NCBI GenBank assembly: GCA_038851755.1
Contig: JAWCKR010000024.1
Coordinates: 1 to 13,379, forward strand
Source: Candidatus Hadarchaeales archaeon
GTDB taxonomy: Archaea > Hadarchaeota > Hadarchaeia > Hadarchaeales > WYZ-LMO6
Length of the DNA stretch: 13,379 nucleotides
Direction of reading: 5' to 3'
Both the position numbers and the translations under genes were made by a program. The notes beneath the pieces were generated by a model. It saw nothing but the letters and a program-made list of their open reading frames with translations. It did no database searches and was not told the DNA's origin. Shown here in pieces: positions 6,754-13,379 of this stretch; position 1 is the stretch's first letter, and each line of letters starts with the position of its first letter.

Positions 6754-7785
6754 CTAATCCGCCCCGAGCACCCCGGAGATGCTCCTCCGGAAAGGAGGAC
6801 GGAGGATGCCCTTTTCCGTCACGATGGCCGTGACCAGCTCAGGAGGGGTGATATCGAAGGCAGGGTTAAGCACCCTCACGCCTTCCGGCACCACCCTTCT
6901 CCCCGCCACCTCCTCCACCTCCCTTTTCCCCCTCTGTTCGACCTCCGCCTCCTCCACCTTTCCCGCCGGATCGAAGGTGGAGAGAGGGGCGAAGACGTAG
7001 AAGGGAACACCGTGCCGCCGGGCCACCGCAGCGATGGGATAGGTACCAACCTTGTTTATCACGTGACCGTCCCTGAAGACGCGATCAGCGCCCACCACCA
7101 CCAGGTCCACCATCCCCTTTGAGATGCAGTAACCCACCATCCCGTCCGTGATCACCGTGACCTCTATTCCCTCTCTGGAGAGCTCCCAGGCCGTCAGCCT
7201 GGCCCCCTGGAGGAGGGGCCTGGTCTCCGTGGCCAGCACCCTCACCCTCTTCCCCTGCTTCCTCGCGAACCTGATGGCCGAAAGGGCCGTCCCGTACTTC
7301 CCCGAGGTGGCCAGCCAGCCCGCGTTGCAGTGGGTGAGGACGGTGGCACCATCGCGGATGAGCCCCGCCCCGTGCTCACCCATCCTGCGCTCCACCTCGT
7401 CGTACTCCCTCACCCTTCTCCTGACCTCCTCCACCGCCGCCCTGCCCACATCCCTGCCCTCCCTGGCTGCCCTCCTCACCGCCTCCATCACCTCCCCCAG
7501 CCTGTTGGAAAGGTCCGCCCCGGTGGGTCTGGTAGCCTTCAGCTCCTCCACGACACCCTCCAGCCTCTTCACTTTTTCCTCAGGACTCCCCCTCAACTGG
7601 AGGGCGGCCAGGGCCAGGGCCATGGCCCCCGCCATCCCCACGGCCGGAGCCCCCCTCACCCTCATCTCCCTGATGGCCTCCGCCACCTCCTCGGGCGTCC
7701 TGCACTCCAGCACCCTCACGGAGTGCGGAAGGAGGGTCTGGTCCAGGATAAGCACCTTGTCCCCCTTCAGCTCCACCGCCCTCAT
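6754..7785 (-). CDS. mtnA: S-methyl-5-thioribose-1-phosphate isomerase (eIF2B alpha/beta/delta-like family)
   Basis: Motifs LDQTLLP, MRVRGAPAVG, TRPT, LTHCNAGWLAT, ETRPLLQGARLTAWEL, VGADRV, NKVGTY and NPAFDITP. GGTGA SD just upstream. Confidence 0.95.
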   Translation of the reverse strand: MRAVELKGDKVLILDQTLLPHSVRVLECRTPEEVAEAIREMRVRGAPAVGMAGAMALALAALQLRGSPEEKVKRLEGVVEELKATRPTGADLSNRLGEVMEAVRRAAREGRDVGRAAVEEVRRRVREYDEVERRMGEHGAGLIRDGATVLTHCNAGWLATSGKYGTALSAIRFARKQGKRVRVLATETRPLLQGARLTAWELSREGIEVTVITDGMVGYCISKGMVDLVVVGADRVFRDGHVINKVGTYPIAAVARRHGVPFYVFAPLSTFDPAGKVEEAEVEQRGKREVEEVAGRRVVPEGVRVLNPAFDITPPELVTAIVTEKGILRPPFRRSISGVLGAD

Positions 7786-7821
7786 CCGTCACCCTTATTC
7801 TTTCTCCCGCTCAGGTTTTCT

Positions 7822-9228
7822 GTGCCGGGAGAGATAAAAAGGGCGGCAGAAATCCTGAGGGGCTACCGGGGAAGGGACCCCGTGGAAATCGTTTCCCACA
7901 TGGATGTGGACGGAATCTGCGCCGCCGCCCTTCTCTCCAAGGCCCTCGCAAGGGAAGGAATAGAGCACAGGGTGAAGTTCGTCCGCATGCTCTACAGGGA
8001 GGTGGTGGAGGAGCTGGACCCTGCCCCCCTCACCCTGTTCACCGACCTGGGGAGCTCCCAGCTCCTCAACCTCAGGGAGAAGTACCGCCACAGTCAGGTC
8101 ATCGTCTGCGACCATCACCCCCCCGAGACCGGAGAGGGATGGGAGGGCCTCCTCCACCTCAACGCACACCTGATGGGGATGGACGGGACGAGGGAGATAA
8201 GTGGGGCGGGGATGGCCTTCCTCCTGGCCAGGGAGCTCAACCCCTCCAACTCCGACCTCTCCGCCCTGGCGGTGGTGGGGGCGGTGGGAGATGTGCAGAA
8301 CGTGTGGGGAAGGCTCGTGGGGAAGAACCGTGAGATCCTGGAGGAGGCGGTGGGAGCGGGGAAGGTGGTGAGGGAGATGGACCTCCAGCTCTACGGACGT
8401 CACAGCCGGACCCTCCTCCAGGCCCTCGAGGGCCTCTCCGATCCCCCTATTCCGGGCATCACTCACTCCAGCGAGGGGTGCCTGGAGCTGGTCAGGTCAC
8501 TGGGGATACCCGTGAAAGGGGAGAACGGATGGAGGAAACCCGCTGACCTCACCCCCGAGGAGAAGCAGAAGCTGGCCGGGGCCCTGATCTCCCTGGCCCT
8601 GAGCACCGTGCCCACCGAGTTCTCCCGCTTCGTCCCTGGCCTCATCGTGGGGGAAGTCTACACCCTGAAGGGGGAGAGCCCGGAGCTGAGGGACGCGGGT
8701 GAATTCGCCACCTGCCTGAACTCCACGGCCAGACACGAACAGCCAGTGATAGGACTGGAGGTGGCGAAGGGAGACAGGGGACCCTATCGCTCCGCCATGC
8801 TCAACCTCCTCAGGTACCACCGGAGCAGCCTGGCCAGGGGAATGGAGCTGATCGAGACGGGTGGGGTGAAGCTCGGGGAGAGGGGCTACCTCCAGTACTT
8901 CGACGCCACGGGGGTGGTGAAGGAGACCTTCACGGGAACTCTGGCTGGTCTCTCCCTGAGCTCCGGGAGGGTGGACCCCTTCAAGCCTGTGGTGGGGATA
9001 GTCAGGAACGGGGGGAAGGTGAAGGTCTCGGCCAGGTGCTCCAGGCTCCTCTTCCTCAAGGGGCTGGACCTCTCCTCCTGCCTGAGGAGGGCGGCGGGGA
9101 GCGTGGGAGGGGAGGGAGGAGGCCATCCCGTGGCCGGGGGAGCCCAGGTGCCTGAGGAGAGGGTGGAGGAGTTCCTGAGGGTGCTGGAGGAAAGGATGCT
9201 GGAGGGGATGGCTACTTCTATCCCATGA
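7822..9228 (+). CDS. DHH/DHHA1 phosphoesterase, archaeal RecJ / GAN (Cdc45)-like nuclease
   Basis: Motifs SHMDVDG, FTDLGS, CDHH, EISGAG, VGAVGDVQ, KVSAR and GGGHPVAGGA. GTG 7822 is the first plausible start clear of mtnA, so the 7330 start is rejected. Confidence 0.92.
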   Translation: MPGEIKRAAEILRGYRGRDPVEIVSHMDVDGICAAALLSKALAREGIEHRVKFVRMLYREVVEELDPAPLTLFTDLGSSQLLNLREKYRHSQVIVCDHHPPETGEGWEGLLHLNAHLMGMDGTREISGAGMAFLLARELNPSNSDLSALAVVGAVGDVQNVWGRLVGKNREILEEAVGAGKVVREMDLQLYGRHSRTLLQALEGLSDPPIPGITHSSEGCLELVRSLGIPVKGENGWRKPADLTPEEKQKLAGALISLALSTVPTEFSRFVPGLIVGEVYTLKGESPELRDAGEFATCLNSTARHEQPVIGLEVAKGDRGPYRSAMLNLLRYHRSSLARGMELIETGGVKLGERGYLQYFDATGVVKETFTGTLAGLSLSSGRVDPFKPVVGIVRNGGKVKVSARCSRLLFLKGLDLSSCLRRAAGSVGGEGGGHPVAGGAQVPEERVEEFLRVLEERMLEGMATSIP

Positions 9229-9258
9229 ACGAATCACTTCAGTTCTTCCCTGCAACAG

Positions 9259-10971
9259 CTACTTCTTCTCCCCCTTCCTGCGCTGCTGGGCCCTGTACAT
9301 CTCCATGATCTCCTCCAGCGTCGTGGCCTCCTCCGGTCTCCTGTCCTCCCTCACCCTGATGAACCTGGGGAAGCGGAGCCCTACTCCTCCCGTGTGCTTC
9401 TCCGGGGGGCTGAGCTGGATCTCCTCGAAGGCCACCTCGAAGACCACCTCCGGCCTGAAGTAGGCATCGCACTCTATCTCCACCTTCACCTCAGGCGGGG
9501 GCTTCTCCACCCTCAGGCCCTCGAACATCTTCGTGAGCTCCTCCAGGTCCTCGTCCGTGTAGCCGCTCCCGCACCTGGTCACGGTCTTGTACTCACCGGT
9601 CTGCTCGTCCCTGGCCGCCAGCACGTAGCTCCCGAAGGTCCCCGCCCTCTTCCCCTTTCCGTAGTGCGCCCCCACCACCACCAGGTCCACCGTGTCCACC
9701 TCCGGCTTCAGCTTCAGCCAGAGGAACTCCCTCCTCCCGGCCCTGTAGGGGGAGTTCAGCTCCTTAGCCAGCAGCCCCTCGTGCCCCAGGGAGAGGGAGT
9801 ACTTCAGGAACTCCTCCACCTCCTCCTTCTTCCCCGTGACCCTCCTCTCCACCACCATCACCCTTCCGGGCACCGGCTTCACCGCCTTCTCCAGCAGCTT
9901 CCTCCTCTCCGTGTAGGGCCTGTCCACCACGGTCTTCCCGTCCAGGACGAGGATATCGAAGAGGTGGATCTGGATGGGGAGCTCCTCCGCCATCTTCTCT
10001 ATCCCGTACTTCCTCCTGCGCCTGAGCACCTCCTGGAAGGGCATGGGTTTCCCGCTCTTGGGGTCCATGGCCACCAGCTCCCCGTCCACCACCACCTTCT
10101 CGCTCTTCAGGGCCTCCTTCAGGGGCTTCACCAGGTCGGGGAACATGGAGGTGTAGTCCTCCATCCTGCGGGTGAAGAGGGTAATCCTGTCCCCCTCCCT
10201 GTGGGCCTGGATCCTTATCCCGTCGAGCTTGAGCTCGAAGGCCGCCTTCCCCCCCATCCTCTCCAGGATCTCCTCTATGCTCTCCGCCCTCTGGGCCAGC
10301 ATGGGGTTCACGGGATGCCCCACCTCTATCCCCAGGGCCCTCAGGGCCTTCTCCCCCTCCGCGGCGGCCCTCGCCACCACCGCGTAGTCCGTGGTGAGCA
10401 TGTAGGCCTTCTCCACCTCCTCGGGCGGGAGGCCGAAGGTGGCGGCTATGGCGTCCCTCATCCTCCCCTCCGCTATTCCCACCCTCAGGTCCCCCAGCAC
10501 CGTCCTCACCACGAACTTGGCCTCCAGGGGGGAGGCGTCGCTCAGCAGCTCCGCCACCACCCCGATCTTCCTCTCCATCGAGCCTTCCCCCGTGAGCTCC
10601 GGCAGGGACTTGACCTTCTCAAAGACCCTCTCCACCGTGAGGGGCTGGGAGAAGAGGGTGACCTGCTTCTTCGTCCTCATGAGCTCCGCGGCCACCTCCC
10701 CCAGGTCGCCCACCTTCGCCATTTTCTTCTCTATCTCCGCCAGGGAATGCCCGGAGGCCTGGGAGAGGGCCTTCTTGAGCTGCTGTGGACCCACCCCCGT
10801 CTCCTTTGACACGTAGGCCGGCCAGGGCCTCCCCAGGAGGAGGTAGACCACGCGCTCCATCTCCTCCTTCGGGGTCTGCTTCAGGAGCTCCACGATGATG
10901 GCGTTCTTCTCCAGGTAGCCAGGGGTCTGCTCCAGCCTCTGGAGGGCCTCCGCCAGCACCCTGTAGAGCAT
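9259..10971 (-). CDS. lig: ATP-dependent DNA ligase (archaeal type)
   Basis: Motifs PMLAQ, ELKLDGIRIQAH (motif I Lys), VDGELV, LFDIL, EGLLAK, WLKLK, DLVVVGA..GKGKR and LRFPRFIRVREDR. Start is ATG 10971, or GTG 10977. Confidence 0.98.
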   Translation of the reverse strand: MLYRVLAEALQRLEQTPGYLEKNAIIVELLKQTPKEEMERVVYLLLGRPWPAYVSKETGVGPQQLKKALSQASGHSLAEIEKKMAKVGDLGEVAAELMRTKKQVTLFSQPLTVERVFEKVKSLPELTGEGSMERKIGVVAELLSDASPLEAKFVVRTVLGDLRVGIAEGRMRDAIAATFGLPPEEVEKAYMLTTDYAVVARAAAEGEKALRALGIEVGHPVNPMLAQRAESIEEILERMGGKAAFELKLDGIRIQAHREGDRITLFTRRMEDYTSMFPDLVKPLKEALKSEKVVVDGELVAMDPKSGKPMPFQEVLRRRRKYGIEKMAEELPIQIHLFDILVLDGKTVVDRPYTERRKLLEKAVKPVPGRVMVVERRVTGKKEEVEEFLKYSLSLGHEGLLAKELNSPYRAGRREFLWLKLKPEVDTVDLVVVGAHYGKGKRAGTFGSYVLAARDEQTGEYKTVTRCGSGYTDEDLEELTKMFEGLRVEKPPPEVKVEIECDAYFRPEVVFEVAFEEIQLSPPEKHTGGVGLRFPRFIRVREDRRPEEATTLEEIMEMYRAQQRRKGEKK

Positions 10972-11006
10972 GACCACCCTTCCAACTGAGGACCGCCAAA
11001 ATAAAG

Positions 11007-11981
11007 CTAGGCTGCGAGGAAGCGGAGGAGCTTCCGGAGCCTCTCCGCGGTGGAGGAGAAGTACTCCTTCCAGTCATACCGGCACCAGGTGAACTCCCTC
11101 CTCTTGCTGAACTGATCGAGGTTCCCCCTCACGAAGGAAAGACTCCTGCCGAGCTCCCGCTCCAACCTCCCCGGAGGGGGAAGCCTCCTCCTGGCGTAGA
11201 GCCTGTTGAAATCCTCCCTGAGCCTCCTCTCCTCCAGATCGAGCCTGAGGAGCTGTCCCACATCGTAGAAATCGCAGAGGAGGTCGCGGAGGGCCACTCC
11301 CGGCAGACAGAGCCTGGAGAGCTTCTCCAGGAGGCAGCGCTCCGGAGGGCTGACGGATGCCCTCGCTTTCTTCAGTGGGGTCAGGGAGGGTTGGAGGAGG
11401 GAGCGAACCCCCTTCTTTCCCGAGGAAAGGGGTTCTTCCAAAGAGACCGTGAGCCTGACGGAGTCCACGAAGGGCAAAAAGCCTAGAGCCTCCAGCAGCT
11501 TCCTGAGCCCCCTCTCCCTTTCCCTCCCTCCCTTCCTGAGGTAGAGGGGAAGGGGGGCCCCCAGGCTGAAGGTGACCATGTCCCTTTTGAGGGAAAGCAG
11601 GTCGAAAAACACGTCCTTCTCCTGGTCCCTCTCGAACCTCCCGAACTCCACTTTCTCACCCACCTCCAGGTAGGAGATCCTGCCCCCCTCCTTCATTCTC
11701 CTGTTGAGTTCCTCCAGGTCGTATTCCTCCTTGGAGCGAAGGGATGCCGAGAGGTCTATGTCCCAGCTGAACCTGGGGCACTCGGAGTAAAGACGGGAGA
11801 TGAGGGTGCCCCCCTTGAGCACGAGGGGGACCGGGCTCAGGGAGCAAACCGCCTGCAGCGTGTCGTAAAAAATCACTTCCCTCTCCACCAGCGAGGGGGG
11901 AAGACCGAGGCGGGCCCCCACCTCCCTCATCCTCTCACGCGTCAGATCCCTCTTCCTCCAGCACCTAACCCCTAAGAACAC
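11007..11981 (-). CDS. AbiEii/AbiGii (DUF1814 / MenT-like) nucleotidyltransferase toxin
   Basis: LVLKGGTLISRLY...RFSWDIDL, ERCLLEK and DFYDV match the type IV toxin motifs. The start is uncertain (GTG 11981, ATG 11930, or a frameshifted GTG 11964). Confidence 0.85.
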   Translation of the reverse strand: MFLGVRCWRKRDLTRERMREVGARLGLPPSLVEREVIFYDTLQAVCSLSPVPLVLKGGTLISRLYSECPRFSWDIDLSASLRSKEEYDLEELNRRMKEGGRISYLEVGEKVEFGRFERDQEKDVFFDLLSLKRDMVTFSLGAPLPLYLRKGGRERERGLRKLLEALGFLPFVDSVRLTVSLEEPLSSGKKGVRSLLQPSLTPLKKARASVSPPERCLLEKLSRLCLPGVALRDLLCDFYDVGQLLRLDLEERRLREDFNRLYARRRLPPPGRLERELGRSLSFVRGNLDQFSKRREFTWCRYDWKEYFSSTAERLRKLLRFLAA

Positions 11982-12780
11982 GATCCACCGCCTCCTCCAC
12001 CAGCTCTTCGAACTTCCTCTCCACCTTCTCCGGCCTCAGGCCCTCCGGAGAAAAACGGGCCCCCCCAGCCCTCCCCGCCACCTCCAGAACCCTTCTCAGC
12101 CTGGCCTCCACCTTCCGTCCCTTCCTCCTGGCATAACCCTTCAGCAGGTCTAGGTCCAGGGGCTGCTCCAGCAGACAGTACAGGGCCTGCACCAGGTTCT
12201 CCCCCTCCCACCTCCACCTCCAGAGGGAATCGACCACGGCTTTCTCCGTCACGGCGAGGTTGACCTCCACCATCCTGCCCTGGAAGCACACCTCACCCCC
12301 GAGGTAATCCCTAGGATCCATGCGCTCCTCAAGCAGGAGGAGCTGGTAAGAGGGAAAGAGGGAAAGGAGGGCTCCCCTCACCTTCGAAATCCTCCTGTCG
12401 CAGAGGATCATCAACCTCTGTGGGGAGGCTGTGAAATCCCTGCCCATCCCCCGGAGGAGGAGGGAAGGCGTCCCCGAGAGATAATAGAAGCCCAGCTGAG
12501 GGAGAAGGGTAAGGAGGGAGGACTTCCCGACTTTCATCCTCTCCAGGTCGAAGAGCTCCCGGAGGGGCTTGGAGAGGGGTGTCTCCTTCGCTCTGTACCT
12601 CTTTCTGAAGGGGTCGTACTCCACCAGCTCGGCCAGCTCTCCGAGCTCCCTCAGGGCAGTGGAGGGCGAGAGCCCGGAGCGCCTCGCCAGTTCATTGAGG
12701 GAGAACTCCTCCTCCCCGGAAGTGAGGAGGGCCCTGAGCAGCGAAACCTTTCCCGAACTCCCCAGGATCTTTTCCAGCAT
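11965..12780 (-). CDS. wHTH-containing AbiEi-like antitoxin / transcriptional regulator
   Basis: N-terminal wHTH (FSLNELARRSGLSPSTALRELGEL). The C-terminal YYLSGTPSLLLRG and TEKAVVDSL resemble AbiEi C-domain motifs. It lies directly upstream of the toxin gene. Confidence 0.75.
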   Translation of the reverse strand: MLEKILGSSGKVSLLRALLTSGEEEFSLNELARRSGLSPSTALRELGELAELVEYDPFRKRYRAKETPLSKPLRELFDLERMKVGKSSLLTLLPQLGFYYLSGTPSLLLRGMGRDFTASPQRLMILCDRRISKVRGALLSLFPSYQLLLLEERMDPRDYLGGEVCFQGRMVEVNLAVTEKAVVDSLWRWRWEGENLVQALYCLLEQPLDLDLLKGYARRKGRKVEARLRRVLEVAGRAGGARFSPEGLRPEKVERKFEELVEEAVDRVLRG

Positions 12781-12788
12781 CTTTTATT

Positions 12789-12824
12789 TTCGCTTTTTCG
12801 AATATTTATATTCGCTTTATCGCT
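12789..12824 (-). promoter_or_regulatory. Promoter/operator of the AbiE-like operon
   Basis: TATAAATA on the minus strand (12811-12804) sits inside the inverted repeat CGAATAT-TT-ATATTCG (12799-12814). Direct repeats TTCGCTTTWTCG lie at 12789-12800 and 12811-12822. Confidence 0.65.
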
Positions 12825-12889
12825 ATCTAAAGGAGAATCCCTCCCGGCTTTCCCTTCCCCAGCGGGGTCCGGGGGCCGAACGCGGACTG

Positions 12890-12904
12890 GAAAAAGCTAA
12901 TAAA
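12890..12904 (+). promoter_or_regulatory. BRE + TATA-like element for the downstream gene
   Basis: GAAAAAG-CTAATAAA about 60 nt upstream of ATG 12966. Confidence 0.5.
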
Positions 12905-12965
12905 GGACCTCCATCAGAGTATAGATTGGCTGCGACGGTGGGGGGGTCAGAAGGGAGAAGAAAGG

Positions 12966-13379
12966 ATGAACCCCACCGCCGAACTGCTGGAGAGCGCGAG
13001 GCAGCTCGTCTCCAAAGTAGACGCTAAAAATCTGCTGGTAATCGCTTCCAAGGGTCTTTTGCTGGAGGGCGAACCCAAGCCCCTCGTGGTGACGACGGAG
13101 GAGAACCAAGATTCCTCTTTCTTGCGCCTGTCCTTCCTTCCGAGGGAGAGGGAGAAGAAGATCATCCACGCCGTTTCCTGCGCCCTCTCCCAGGGAAGAC
13201 TGTCGGAGGGGGACCTGCTCGTCTGCCTGGTGGAGGGGGAGAGGGGCTTCCTGGACTCCCTCTTTCTGTACAGGGTGGGGGGGAGCGAACCCATTCTGGC
13301 CAGGCTCGAGACCGAGCCCGTGCTGAAGGCCACCGTAGACCTCTGCAGGGAACTGGCACATCCCGGGGGTGAGAATCCC
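12966..13379 (+). CDS. Probable DacZ-type diadenylate cyclase (DisA_N family), N-terminal part; runs off the window
   Basis: Not in the ORF track because it has no stop. It is open for 138 codons: MNPTAELLESARQLVSKVDAKNLLVI...IIHAVSCALSQGRLSEGDLLVCLV...DSLFLYRV...PVLKATVDLCRELAHPGGENP. This resembles the pyruvate-kinase-C-like N-domain and the helix preceding the DAC domain. The catalytic DGA/RHR motifs are not visible. Confidence 0.65.
   Translation, partial: MNPTAELLESARQLVSKVDAKNLLVIASKGLLLEGEPKPLVVTTEENQDSSFLRLSFLPREREKKIIHAVSCALSQGRLSEGDLLVCLVEGERGFLDSLFLYRVGGSEPILARLETEPVLKATVDLCRELAHPGGENP

Noticed and set aside
6754-7785. Alternative call as ribose-1,5-bisphosphate isomerase or aIF2B subunit
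   Set aside because: LDQTLLP, HCNAGxLAT and QGARLTAWEL are MtnA-type signatures.
7330-7821. 164-aa N-terminal extension of the DHH ORF
   Set aside because: It overlaps mtnA on the opposite strand and has His/Pro-rich shadow composition.
9211-9266. 9-bp direct repeat GCTACTTCT (9211, 9258) around a segment that reads GTTGCAG...GATAGAAG and contains CTGA on the minus strand; considered as an orphan CRISPR repeat, C/D box sRNA or target-site duplication
   Set aside because: There is a single copy with no spacers or cas genes and no proper C box. Both repeat copies overlap coding ends, so chance is likely.
9394-10809. 471-aa ORF antisense to DNA ligase, and similar long shadow ORFs (1735-2496, 2082-2930, 3966-4874, 5977-6633, 8497-9255)
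   Set aside because: These are antisense or off-frame shadows of clear genes, expected with high GC3, and they have biased composition with no motifs.
12897-13361. Minus-strand ORFs at the right end (154, 128 and 65 aa) and the + strand ORF 12569-13027
   Set aside because: They are better explained as shadows of the + strand gene starting at 12966 and of the antitoxin gene.

Overview
This is a gene-dense, GC-rich archaeal chromosomal segment. The archaeal assignment rests on the ATP-dependent DNA ligase, a GAN/RecJ-Cdc45-type DHH protein, a TFS/RpoM paralogue, TATA-type promoters and GGTGA ribosome-binding sites. A thermophilic lineage such as Hadarchaeota is plausible but cannot be proven here. 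In order, the window holds the 3' end of an enoyl-CoA hydratase, a small membrane protein, a DmpI-like tautomerase, a flavin reductase-like protein, a 4-TM protein, a small C4HC3 zinc finger, tRNA-Leu(UAG), an ADP-ribosylglycohydrolase, an acyl-CoA dehydrogenase and an MTAP-family phosphorylase. These are followed by a truncated TFS paralogue, an NDP-forming acyl-CoA synthetase alpha subunit, mtnA, a DHH nuclease, DNA ligase, an AbiEi/AbiEii-like type IV toxin-antitoxin pair with a repeat-rich promoter, and the 5' part of a probable DacZ-type diadenylate cyclase. Most of the window is housekeeping or metabolic, and I cannot support a clearly new multi-gene system. The best leads are the archaeal AbiE-like module with its putative operator, the stand-alone PHD/RING-CH-like finger, the TFS paralogue lacking its catalytic ribbon, and the tRNA fused to the ADP-ribosylhydrolase transcription unit. 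All family calls come from motif recognition by eye, not from database searches.
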